DNA of 34,224 bases from the sequence record SRR22947725_2615, one strand, 5' to 3'. Every line of letters starts with the position of its first letter. The stretch's first letter is position 1. The position numbers and the translations under genes were made by a program. Of the stretch, positions 8,487 through 17,448 are shown one piece after another. The notes beneath the pieces were generated by a model. It was not told the DNA's origin. It was given only the letters and a program-made list of their open reading frames with translations, and searched no databases.

Positions 8487-8514
8487 ACTTCGCATAATAT
8501 ATATTATGTTAAAT
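8487..8514 (+). other. dif site (XerC/XerD chromosome dimer resolution site)
   Basis: ACTTCGCATAA-TATATA-TTATGTTAAAT in 11-6-11 layout. The XerD arm is identical to E. coli dif (TTATGTTAAAT) and the XerC arm shares CGCATAA. It is intergenic between convergent genes. Confidence 0.93.
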
Positions 8515-8519
8515 TATAG

Positions 8520-8840
8520 TTATTCAGATCTTGGCGAGATGCCTTTAATACGTTGGAGAGTTATTTCAGTAGCATTTCTTCTGTGTTTACTAAGCTCTTG
8601 ATATCCTTCATCTGCCCACCAATTATCTGCATCTTCTTCGGATGGAAAAGAAAATAATATTACACGATCAAAGTGTTTGGGATTATCTCCTTCAAGACAT
8701 ATTGGTGAATCATCATATGTTATAAACGTTCCGTTGTATTTTTTTAGAAACGGAAAAAAACCTTTTTCATATGTTCTATATTCATCTCGATCATTGATAG
8801 TTAAATTGACCACCATATATACGTTTAGAGTTTCTGACAT
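8520..8840 (-). CDS. DUF1330 family protein
   Basis: 106 aa with Y..Y......L.KYNG, LEG, RVILFSFPSEEDA..WW....YQ.L..HR pattern; AGGAG RBS. Confidence 0.8.
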   Translation of the reverse strand: MSETLNVYMVVNLTINDRDEYRTYEKGFFPFLKKYNGTFITYDDSPICLEGDNPKHFDRVILFSFPSEEDADNWWADEGYQELSKHRRNATEITLQRIKGISPRSE

Positions 8841-8946
8841 AGTTATCTCCTGTGATTTATTGTTATGTGTAAACGCAAAAATGTAAATAAATCTTATGTC
8901 TATTTATTAACTTAAACTTAAATTAATTAGTGTAAAATAAGAATAT

Positions 8947-9165
8947 ATGGCAAAAGAAGACAATTTAGAATTTGAGGGTGAAGTTATCGAAACTCTTCCT
9001 AATACTACCTTTAAGGTTAAATTAGAGAACAATCACATAATTGAAGCTCATATTTCTGGCAAAATGCGCAAGCATTACATTAGGATTTTAACTGGTGACA
9101 AAGTTAAAGTTGAAATGACTCCATATGATCTAACAAAAGGAAGAATTACTTTTAGAGGACGTTAG
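8947..9165 (+). CDS. infA: Translation initiation factor IF-1
   Basis: 72 aa [13 protein letters not shown]...[32 protein letters not shown]. Confidence 0.98.
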   Translation: MAKEDNLEFEGEVIETLPNTTFKVKLENNHIIEAHISGKMRKHYIRILTGDKVKVEMTPYDLTKGRITFRGR

Positions 9166-11417
9166 GCTTTAGATTTAGCTGTTTTCTTTTTAGCGCTAAA
9201 CTTTACTTCGTTAGCAACTAAATCAACTTTTATTTGGCCGCCTTTACTAAGCTCACCAAATAAAACCTTATCAACTAACGGCTTCTTGATTTTATTGGTA
9301 ATAAATCTTTCCATAGGCCTTGCGCCCATTTCTTTGTTATAACCATTTTCAGCAATCCAATTTAGTACTTGTTTAGAGTAAATTAGCTCTACATTCCTTG
9401 CATCAAGTTGCGCTTGAAGTTTTGTAAGGAATTTATCAACAATTGATAATATTACTTTCATTGGTAGATAGTTAAACTGAATGATTTCATCTAACCTATT
9501 TCTAAATTCAGGAGAAAACAGTTTTTTAAGTGATAACAATGCATCAGATTCATTAGATTGGTCACTAAAGCCAATACTTTTCTTCTCTAATAAATCAGCG
9601 CCAGCATTTGTTGTCATAACCACAATTACGTTCCTAAAGTCTGCTTTTCGGCCGTTGTTATCTGTTAAAACCCCAGAATCCATTATTTGAAGTAATAAAT
9701 TAAATATATCTGGATGAGCCTTTTCAATTTCATCTAGCAAAAGCACGCAATGTGGATTTTGAACTACAGCTTCAGTTAAAAGCCCTCCCTGATCAAAGCC
9801 TACATAACCAGGAGGTGCACCAATTAATCTTGAGACAGTGTGTCTTTCCATATATTCTGACATGTCAAATCTAACAAGTTCAATACCCATCATATGTGCT
9901 AATTGATTAGTAATTTCAGTCTTACCTACTCCAGTCGGACCAGCAAATAAAAAAGATCCAATGGTCTTATTGTCATCTCTAAGCCCTGCTCTAGATAATT
10001 TAATGGCATTAACTAAGCTCTTTATAGCTGTATCTTGACCAAAAATAACAGTTTTAAGATCGGATTCTAATTTCTGCAGATTAATTGATTCTTGACTTGA
10101 TATGGTTTGTTCAGGGATTTTTGAGATCTTTGAAATAGTTTTCTCAATATCTATTTGTTTTACAGTTATTTTTTTTGAATTTTTTCTTGAGATGTTAAGC
10201 AAAGCTCCCGTTTCATCTATTAAATCTATTGCCTTATCAGGTAGAAATCTATCATTTAGAAAACGCTTAGATAATGTAACAGCTGAATTTATAGATTCGT
10301 TGGAATATTTTACGTTGTGGTGATCCTCATAATTAGTCTTCAGACCATCTAGTATTTGTATACATTCATCCACAGATGGCTCCAAAACATCTATTTTTTG
10401 GAATCTTCGAGATAAAGCTTGATTTTGATTGAAAACTCCTCTGTACTCTTGAAATGTTGTTGACCCTATACATCTAAGCTTGCCTTTGCCTAGAGCTGGT
10501 TTTAATAGATTCGATACATCCAGGCTTCCTCCAGAAGCAGACCCAGCACCAATAATGGTATGGATTTCATCAATAAACAGTATTGGATTATTCTGATCAT
10601 CCAGAAATTTTAATACTGACTTCAACCTCTTCTCAAAGTCTCCTCTATATTTGGTACCTGCAATCAAAGCCCCGATATCTAATGAATAGAGTTTTGATTC
10701 ATGTAAAAATTCTGGGGTATCTTTCGAGTTGATTAAGTGAGCAAGGCCTTCTGCAATAGCGGTCTTCCCAACCCCAGACTCACCAACAAGCAGGGGATTG
10801 TTTTTAGTGCGCCTGGCTAGAATTTGTATAATTCTTTCAACTTCATCTTGACGCCCTACCAATCGGTCAACTTTATTAGATTCCGCAAGATAATTTAAAT
10901 CAATCAAAAACTCTAACTCGTTATTTGCTGCAACTTTCTCAGTTTCACTCTCTTCATCCGATGAATCAGAGGCGGCTTCAGCTTGTTCGCCCTCAGGTTT
11001 TCCATGAGAAATATAAGAAACAATATCGAGTCTTCCAATGCCTTGTTTTGAAAGTAAAAAAACTGAATGCGATTCTTTTTCAGAAAAGATAGCAACTAAT
11101 AAATTAATAGGTTTTACAACACCTTTACCTGATGATTGAACATGAAAAACAGCTCTCTGAAGAACTCTTTGAAATCCCAATGTGGGTTGAACAGGTTTTT
11201 TTGCATCTACTTTAGTAGGCGTATTGTCACGAACATGTTCTTCTAGATTTTCTCTTAAGGTTGCTAAATTAACATCGTTTGTTTCAAGCGCTTGACGAAC
11301 TTCATAATCTGAAATAAGCATCAATAGGAGATGCTCAATAGTTAGATATTCAAGATTCTGATCTTGAGCTTGATCAAATAAATTTGCAATTGATTGTTCT
11401 AATTCTTTACTAAACAT
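9162..11417 (-). CDS. clpA: ATP-dependent Clp protease ATP-binding subunit ClpA
   Basis: 751 aa; two AAA modules ([16 protein letters not shown]), [16 protein letters not shown] loop; downstream of clpS. Confidence 0.97.
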   Translation of the reverse strand: MFSKELEQSIANLFDQAQDQNLEYLTIEHLLLMLISDYEVRQALETNDVNLATLRENLEEHVRDNTPTKVDAKKPVQPTLGFQRVLQRAVFHVQSSGKGVVKPINLLVAIFSEKESHSVFLLSKQGIGRLDIVSYISHGKPEGEQAEAASDSSDEESETEKVAANNELEFLIDLNYLAESNKVDRLVGRQDEVERIIQILARRTKNNPLLVGESGVGKTAIAEGLAHLINSKDTPEFLHESKLYSLDIGALIAGTKYRGDFEKRLKSVLKFLDDQNNPILFIDEIHTIIGAGSASGGSLDVSNLLKPALGKGKLRCIGSTTFQEYRGVFNQNQALSRRFQKIDVLEPSVDECIQILDGLKTNYEDHHNVKYSNESINSAVTLSKRFLNDRFLPDKAIDLIDETGALLNISRKNSKKITVKQIDIEKTISKISKIPEQTISSQESINLQKLESDLKTVIFGQDTAIKSLVNAIKLSRAGLRDDNKTIGSFLFAGPTGVGKTEITNQLAHMMGIELVRFDMSEYMERHTVSRLIGAPPGYVGFDQGGLLTEAVVQNPHCVLLLDEIEKAHPDIFNLLLQIMDSGVLTDNNGRKADFRNVIVVMTTNAGADLLEKKSIGFSDQSNESDALLSLKKLFSPEFRNRLDEIIQFNYLPMKVILSIVDKFLTKLQAQLDARNVELIYSKQVLNWIAENGYNKEMGARPMERFITNKIKKPLVDKVLFGELSKGGQIKVDLVANEVKFSAKKKTAKSKA

Positions 11418-11755
11418 TAATCCGTTAAAGGTTCTATTTCACTGATGAGAGGATGCTCATGAGCTTTAGCCATCTCATTAATTTCGTGAGATTTCATTTC
11501 AGCAATCTCTTTAGGGAATATACCACAGACGCCCTTTCCTTTAGTATGAACAGCTAACATAATTTGAGTTGATCTCTCATGTTCATAACCAAATATAGCT
11601 TGAAGGATGTAAACAACAAATTCCATAGGAGTAAAATCATCATTCAATAGAACAACTTGGTACATTGGAGGCTCTTTAAGATCTGGCTTGTCTTCAAGGA
11701 CAACAGTGCCTGTATCGCCTGCACCATTCGAATTGTTTGATGGTTCTGAAGACAT
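11417..11755 (-). CDS. clpS: Clp protease adaptor ClpS
   Basis: PPMYQVVLLNDDFTPMEFVV, MLAVHTKGKGVCG, HPL. ATG 11755 preferred over GTG 11767. The stop overlaps the clpA start (TAATG). Confidence 0.95.
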   Translation of the reverse strand: MSSEPSNNSNGAGDTGTVVLEDKPDLKEPPMYQVVLLNDDFTPMEFVVYILQAIFGYEHERSTQIMLAVHTKGKGVCGIFPKEIAEMKSHEINEMAKAHEHPLISEIEPLTD

Positions 11756-11763
11756 AAGAATCT

Positions 11764-13017
11764 TCACATTCTTTTAATCATTTCCTTAGCAAAGCCTGAA
11801 CAAGAAACTAGATTAGCGCCATCCATCAATCTTTCAAAGTCGTAGGTAACCATCTTATCTGTTATTGCGGCTTCCATTGAAGAGATTATTAAATCTGCTG
11901 CTTCAACCCAACCCATATGCCTTAGCATCATTTCTGCTGATAGTATCAATGAACCTGGGTTTACTTTGTCCTGACCAGCGTATTTAGGAGCAGTGCCATG
12001 TGTTGCTTCAAACAACGCTGAGTCATCTCCTATATTTGCTCCTGGAGCTATACCAATACCTCCAACACAGGCAGCCAAAGCATCAGATATATAATCACCA
12101 TTGAGATTCATAGTAGCAATAACATCATATTCCTTTGGTCTAGTGAGTATTTGTTGAAGAAAAGCATCGCAAATAACGTCTTTGACTATTATATTTTTTC
12201 CGTTATCTGGATTTTTGATTGTAACCCATGGACCCCCATCTAAAAGTTCTCCATTGTATGAGCTCATACTTAATTCATAGCCCCAGTCTCTAAAGGCTCC
12301 TTCAGTAAATTTCATGATGTTGCCTTTATGAACTAATGTTACCGAAGATCTATCATTTTTAATTGCATAATCAAGTGCTTGCTTAACCAATCTCTCTGTT
12401 CCTTGCTTAGATATTGGTTTCACACCGAGCCCGACTTCTGTTGGGAATCTAATTTGGGTTACACCAAATTGTTCTTGAAGGACTTTAACCATTGCGTCAG
12501 ATTCAGGAGATCCTGCTTCAAATTCAACGCCTGCATAAATATCTTCAGAATTCTCTCGAAAGATAACCATATCAACATGCGATGGATTTTTAACTGGACT
12601 TGGAACGCCAGTAAAATAACGGATTGGTCTTAAACAAACATATAAGTCAAGGATTTGACGTAGAGAAACATTTAAAGATCTTATTCCTCCTCCAACAGGA
12701 GTAGTCAAGGGTCCTTTTATGCTAACAATATATTCTTTTAGAGCCTCAATAGTTTCATCTGGTAACCATGTATCTGCATCATAAACTTGGGTAGATTTTT
12801 CACCACAAAATACCTCCATCCAAGATATTTTTTTTGATCCCTGGTAGGCTGTTTCGACGGCGCTATCAACCACATCTATCATTGCAGGTGTAATATCTAT
12901 TCCGATCCCATCACCTTCAATGTATGGGATAATTGGGTTATCTGGAACTTGAAGAACCCCATCCTCTAATATAATTTTTGAGCCCTCTTCTGGTATCTTT
13001 ATATGCTTATAACCCAT
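11764..13017 (-). CDS. icd: NADP-dependent isocitrate dehydrogenase (dimeric, E. coli type)
   Basis: [55 protein letters not shown] (KY typical of NADP enzymes); AGAGGA RBS. Confidence 0.97.
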   Translation of the reverse strand: MGYKHIKIPEEGSKIILEDGVLQVPDNPIIPYIEGDGIGIDITPAMIDVVDSAVETAYQGSKKISWMEVFCGEKSTQVYDADTWLPDETIEALKEYIVSIKGPLTTPVGGGIRSLNVSLRQILDLYVCLRPIRYFTGVPSPVKNPSHVDMVIFRENSEDIYAGVEFEAGSPESDAMVKVLQEQFGVTQIRFPTEVGLGVKPISKQGTERLVKQALDYAIKNDRSSVTLVHKGNIMKFTEGAFRDWGYELSMSSYNGELLDGGPWVTIKNPDNGKNIIVKDVICDAFLQQILTRPKEYDVIATMNLNGDYISDALAACVGGIGIAPGANIGDDSALFEATHGTAPKYAGQDKVNPGSLILSAEMMLRHMGWVEAADLIISSMEAAITDKMVTYDFERLMDGANLVSCSGFAKEMIKRM

Positions 13018-13106
13018 ATTATCCTCTTTTAAACGAATATATATTGTAAAATTTGGATGAATTATACTCTAAAAAAACCTTTAAAATTAGCGTTTGTAGT
13101 TAAAAT

Positions 13107-14198
13107 ATGACAAATAAAAATAAAACAGTTGTTGTTGGGATGTCGGGTGGCGTTGATTCATCTGTAGCAGCTTATTTATTACAAAAACAAGGTTTTAATG
13201 TTCAAGGCTTATTTATGCAAAATTGGCAAAATGAGCCTGGTGAGGTTTGCACATCTGAGGTTGACTTTGAAGATGCATCAAAAGTCTGTGATCAACTAGA
13301 TATTCCCCTGCATAAAGCTAACTTCAGTGACGAATATTGGGAGAGAGTTTTCAAAGAATTCCTTTCTGAGCATGAAAAAGGAAGAACTCCAAATCCCGAT
13401 ATCTTATGCAACAGAGAAATAAAATTTAAGTCCTTTTTAGAATACGCTTTAAAAATTGGAGCTGACCATATAGCAACTGGCCATTATGCGAGACTTAATT
13501 ATAAAAGTGATCATGCCATTTTAATGAGATCAAAAGATTTAAATAAAGATCAAACATATTTTTTACATGAAGTAAGCGGTCAAGAATTTGCTAAATGCAT
13601 TTTTCCACTTGAGGGTTTAACTAAATTTGAGGTTAGGGAGATAGCCGAAAATAATAACTTTATCAATCATGATAAAAAAGATTCTGTTGGCATCTGTTTT
13701 GTGGGAGAAAGAAACTTAAAAGACTTTCTCAAAAGATTCATAAAATTTGAAAGCGGCAATATTAAAGATTTAGAAGGCAACGTCATTGGAACTCACCCAG
13801 GCGCCCTTCTTTTCACTCAAGGACAAAGACAAGGATTGAATGTTGGAGGCGTCAAAGATAAACCTGAACTACCTTGGTATGTTTACGACAAAAATATTGA
13901 GTTAAATGAAGTGTATGTCTGCCAAGGTGAGTTTAATGATTTGTTATTGAGTGATGGTTTGCTAATGGAGGAAATGAAATGGATAAATAATACAGTTGTT
14001 CCTAAGCAGCTAGAGTGCGAGGTTCAAGTTCGCCATAGAGGTAAACCCGTTTCATGTGTTGCACATTTTATGGATAAAGGTGTTAGGTTATTATTCTCAG
14101 AAAGAATAAGAGCAATTGCACCCGGTCAGTCAGCCGTACTTTATAAAAATGATGAATGTTTAGGTGGAGGCATAATAGCAAAAGCATTAAAAGACTAG
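13107..14198 (+). CDS. mnmA: tRNA-specific 2-thiouridylase
   Basis: GMSGGVDS PP-loop, TPNPDILCNREIKF, ATGHY, KDQTYFL, KKDSVGICF, APGQ. Confidence 0.97.
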   Translation: MTNKNKTVVVGMSGGVDSSVAAYLLQKQGFNVQGLFMQNWQNEPGEVCTSEVDFEDASKVCDQLDIPLHKANFSDEYWERVFKEFLSEHEKGRTPNPDILCNREIKFKSFLEYALKIGADHIATGHYARLNYKSDHAILMRSKDLNKDQTYFLHEVSGQEFAKCIFPLEGLTKFEVREIAENNNFINHDKKDSVGICFVGERNLKDFLKRFIKFESGNIKDLEGNVIGTHPGALLFTQGQRQGLNVGGVKDKPELPWYVYDKNIELNEVYVCQGEFNDLLLSDGLLMEEMKWINNTVVPKQLECEVQVRHRGKPVSCVAHFMDKGVRLLFSERIRAIAPGQSAVLYKNDECLGGGIIAKALKD

Positions 14199-14212
14199 CT
14201 ATAATTCACACT

Positions 14213-15565
14213 ATGAAACATCAAGAACTAATTTCACCTCTAGATAATCGTTACAGTAAAACAATTGTTGATTTAGCTAACAATTTTTCAGAATCCAACT
14301 TAAATAAAACAAGATTAGAAATCGAGATTGATTGGATTATTTTTTTAACGACACAATGTGGAAAAAACTTTAAGCCGCTCTCCTCTGCAGCTAAAAACAA
14401 TCTTTTATTAATCAAAAAAAGCTTTAATGATAAGTCTGCAAAAAGAATAAAAAACATTGAATCCAAAACTAATCATGATGTTAAAGCTGTTGAATATTTC
14501 ATTAGAGAGGAAATGAATAAATTCTCTAATTTAAAGAAGTATCAACATCTAGTTCATTTTGCATTGACAAGCGAAGATGTTAATTCACTGTCATACGCGG
14601 TATTGCTTAGAGATGCACAAGATATATACATAAAAAAACTTGATGCTCTTATTAAGGATTTAAATTCTAAATCAAAATCTTGGGCAACATTACCCTTGCT
14701 AGCCAGAACTCATGGTCAAGCAGCATCACCCTCCACGATTGGAAAAGAAATAAAAGTATTTCATCAACGACTGACAAGACAGAAAGAAATACTAAAAAAA
14801 ATGAAACCTATGGCTAAGTTTGGTGGTGCAACTGGTAACTTTCATACTTTAATTTTGTCTGATGCAAGTATTGACTGGGTATCTAAAACTAATAAATTCC
14901 TATCTTCATTCAAGGTTGAACAAAATCCTATCACTACTCAGATTGAGTCTCATGATGGCATAGCTGAAATCTGTCACTGTATTCAAAGAATTAACAATAT
15001 TTTGATAGATCTGAATCAAGATATATGGATTTATATCTCTAACGATATATTTAAGTTAAAACTTAAAGATGGTGAAATTGGCTCATCCACCATGCCACAC
15101 AAAGTGAATCCAATAGATTTTGAGAACTCAGAAGGAAATCTTGGATTATCTAATTCATTGATGAATTTTTTCGCCGATAAATTAACTAAATCTCGATTAC
15201 AAAGAGACCTTTCTGATTCAACGGTATTAAGAAATCTAGGTGTTGGATTTGGATATAGTTATCTTGGAATTTGTTCTTGCTTGAATGGTCTTAGCAAAAT
15301 TCAACCAAATAAACAAAATGCTTTAATTGAATTAAATGATAATTGGCAAGTCCTAGCTGAAGCGCTTCAAATAGTCATGAAGCTAGAAGGTTGCGATAAT
15401 GCATATGAGGAGATCAAAAATAAAACCAGAGGTCACAATATAGATAAAGATTCTTATCTAAAAATCGTAAATGAGCTTAAGATTAGCTCAAAATCAAAAG
15501 ATCAATTAAAAAAATTAACTCCTTCAAACTATCTTGGCATAGCTTCTAAACTCGCAAAATTATAA
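14213..15565 (+). CDS. purB: Adenylosuccinate lyase
   Basis: ISPLDNRY, TNHDVKAVEY, TSEDVN, RTHGQ, GSSTMPHKVNPIDFENSEGN, SRLQRDLSDS. The likely start is ATG 14213, because the track's 14156 start overlaps mnmA. Confidence 0.96.
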   Translation: MKHQELISPLDNRYSKTIVDLANNFSESNLNKTRLEIEIDWIIFLTTQCGKNFKPLSSAAKNNLLLIKKSFNDKSAKRIKNIESKTNHDVKAVEYFIREEMNKFSNLKKYQHLVHFALTSEDVNSLSYAVLLRDAQDIYIKKLDALIKDLNSKSKSWATLPLLARTHGQAASPSTIGKEIKVFHQRLTRQKEILKKMKPMAKFGGATGNFHTLILSDASIDWVSKTNKFLSSFKVEQNPITTQIESHDGIAEICHCIQRINNILIDLNQDIWIYISNDIFKLKLKDGEIGSSTMPHKVNPIDFENSEGNLGLSNSLMNFFADKLTKSRLQRDLSDSTVLRNLGVGFGYSYLGICSCLNGLSKIQPNKQNALIELNDNWQVLAEALQIVMKLEGCDNAYEEIKNKTRGHNIDKDSYLKIVNELKISSKSKDQLKKLTPSNYLGIASKLAKL

Positions 15566-15569
15566 ATTC

Positions 15570-15584
15570 TGTAGTTTAACTACC
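15570..15584. promoter_or_regulatory. Palindromic candidate TF site upstream of aceA
   Basis: TGTAGT-TTA-ACTACC; an additional CACTACAT half-site at 15662-15669. Confidence 0.35.
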
Positions 15585-15685
15585 TAAATAATTATCTATA
15601 AACACTAATTTAACAGTATTTTTTATAAATATTGACAATATAGTTCTAATAAATTCAAATGCACTACATATATAGGGGTATATTA

Positions 15686-17272
15686 ATGACTAAAAATAAT
15701 TTTACATCTGAAGTTGAGAAGCTCAATGCTATTCCTGAATTCAGTAGCTCAAATTGGAATTCTATTAAGCCTGAGTATGCTGCAAGAATGAGGCTTCAAA
15801 ACCAATTTAAATCTGGTATCGATATTGCTAAATATACTGCTTCCTTAATGAGGAGAGATATGGATGCATATGATTCTGATACATCTGCCTATACTCAATC
15901 ATTAGGTTGCTGGCATGGTTTTATTGGGCAGCAAAAACTTATATCCATTAAAAAACATTTCGGAACTACCGATAAAAAATATCTCTACCTTTCTGGCTGG
16001 ATGGTTGCTGCTCTTAGATCTGAGTTTGGTCCGTTACCTGATCAGTCTATGCATGAAAAAACATCAGTTGCATCATTAATCAGAGAACTCTATACCTTTT
16101 TAAGACAGGCTGACGCACGAGAATTAGGCGGGTTATTTAGAGAACTTGATAATGCTTCCGAGGCTGACAAAGCAAAAATTCAAGAAAAAATAGATAATTT
16201 TGAAACACACATAGTTCCAATAATTGCAGATATTGATGCAGGCTTTGGAAACGAGGAAGCTACGTACCTAATGGCTAAACAAATGATTGAAGCAGGCGCA
16301 TGCTGTATACAGATTGAAAATCAAGTTTCTGATGAAAAACAATGTGGGCATCAAGATGGTAAAGTCACTGTGCCCCACTCTGATTTTTTAGCAAAGATTA
16401 ATGCAGTTAGGTATGCATTTTTAGAGCTTGGTGTCGACAATGGAGTCATAGTTGCTCGCACCGATTCTCTAGGAGCAGGACTAACAAAACAAATAGCTAT
16501 TACCCATGAGGTTGGTGACCTGGGAGATCAATATAATTCATTTCTTGATGTTGAAGAATTAGATCTCTCTGAATTAAATCATGGCGACGTACTTATTAAT
16601 CAAAATGGTAAAGTGGTTAGACCGAAAAGACTTCCAAGCAACCTGTATAGATTTAAAGAAGGCACAGGAGAAGCAAGATGTATCTTAGATTCAATTACCA
16701 GTTTGCAAAATGGAGCTGATTTAATCTGGATTGAAACTGAGAAACCTCATATTGGGCAAATTGGTGCAATGATGGATGAGATTAAAAAAGTTGTCCCTAA
16801 TGCAAAGCTTGTCTATAACAACAGTCCATCTTTTAATTGGACTTTAAATTTTAGACAACAGGTATTTGATTCGATGACAGATAATGGAGACGATATGTCT
16901 GCATACGAAAGAGATGATCTAATGAATGAGAAATATGATGCTACAGAACTAGGTATAGAAGCTGACAAAAAAATCCAAACTTTTCAAGCCGATGCTGCTA
17001 GAGAAGCAGGAATTTTTCATCACCTAATAACACTACCAACTTATCATACTGCTGCATTATCCACAGACAATCTGGCTAAAGAGTATTTTGGTGATAAAGG
17101 AATGCTAGGTTATGTCGAAGGCGTTCAGAGAAAAGAAATTCGTCAAGGTATCGCCTGTGTCAAACATCAAAATATGGCTGGATCGGATATGGGTGATGAT
17201 CATAAGGAATACTTTGCTGGAGAAGCTGCTCTTAAAGCATCAGGTAAAGACAATACCATGAATCAGTTTTAA
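15686..17272 (+). CDS. aceA: Isocitrate lyase (long, Pseudomonas-type)
   Basis: LYLSGWMVAA, DIDAGFG, EKQCGHQ catalytic Cys motif, ARTDS, YNNSPSFNW; ATG 15686 follows AGGGG. Confidence 0.96.
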   Translation: MTKNNFTSEVEKLNAIPEFSSSNWNSIKPEYAARMRLQNQFKSGIDIAKYTASLMRRDMDAYDSDTSAYTQSLGCWHGFIGQQKLISIKKHFGTTDKKYLYLSGWMVAALRSEFGPLPDQSMHEKTSVASLIRELYTFLRQADARELGGLFRELDNASEADKAKIQEKIDNFETHIVPIIADIDAGFGNEEATYLMAKQMIEAGACCIQIENQVSDEKQCGHQDGKVTVPHSDFLAKINAVRYAFLELGVDNGVIVARTDSLGAGLTKQIAITHEVGDLGDQYNSFLDVEELDLSELNHGDVLINQNGKVVRPKRLPSNLYRFKEGTGEARCILDSITSLQNGADLIWIETEKPHIGQIGAMMDEIKKVVPNAKLVYNNSPSFNWTLNFRQQVFDSMTDNGDDMSAYERDDLMNEKYDATELGIEADKKIQTFQADAAREAGIFHHLITLPTYHTAALSTDNLAKEYFGDKGMLGYVEGVQRKEIRQGIACVKHQNMAGSDMGDDHKEYFAGEAALKASGKDNTMNQF

Positions 17273-17448
17273 TTAGTTTCACAATCCCCTATGGTGGTGC
17301 GCCCGCAAATTTGGCAGGGCGTACCATCCTCTATATTTGCCAAGCCACCACAACTTCCTGAAATGGGTTTATTTTTAACAATGACACCTATTGAAATTGC
17401 TGCAAATGAAATCGCTATTAATAAAAAAACTGTTAGAAACTCAATCAC
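17269..17448 (-). CDS. nqrM: Na+-NQR maturation factor NqrM (DUF539)
   Basis: Not in the ORF track (59 aa). GTG start; MIEFLTVFLLIAISFAAISIGVIVKNKPISGSCGGLANIEDGTPCQICGRTTIGDCETN, with a TM helix, GSCGG, CxxC and a fourth Cys; directly downstream of apbE. Confidence 0.92.
   Translation of the reverse strand: MIEFLTVFLLIAISFAAISIGVIVKNKPISGSCGGLANIEDGTPCQICGRTTIGDCETN

Noticed and set aside
8410-8519. Short open frames in the dif-containing gap
   Set aside because: No credible start/RBS or family resemblance; the gap is explained by dif
6377-8946. Integrated element (prophage/IMEX) at dif
   Set aside because: No integrase, replication or phage genes and no second full dif copy seen in nearby intergenic gaps
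14156-14212. Extended N-termini in the track for purB (also cyclase 6418, clpS 11767, aceA 15659, nqrC 21779, ACAD 28154)
   Set aside because: Downstream ATGs fit family N-termini, RBS or promoter positions better and avoid long overlaps
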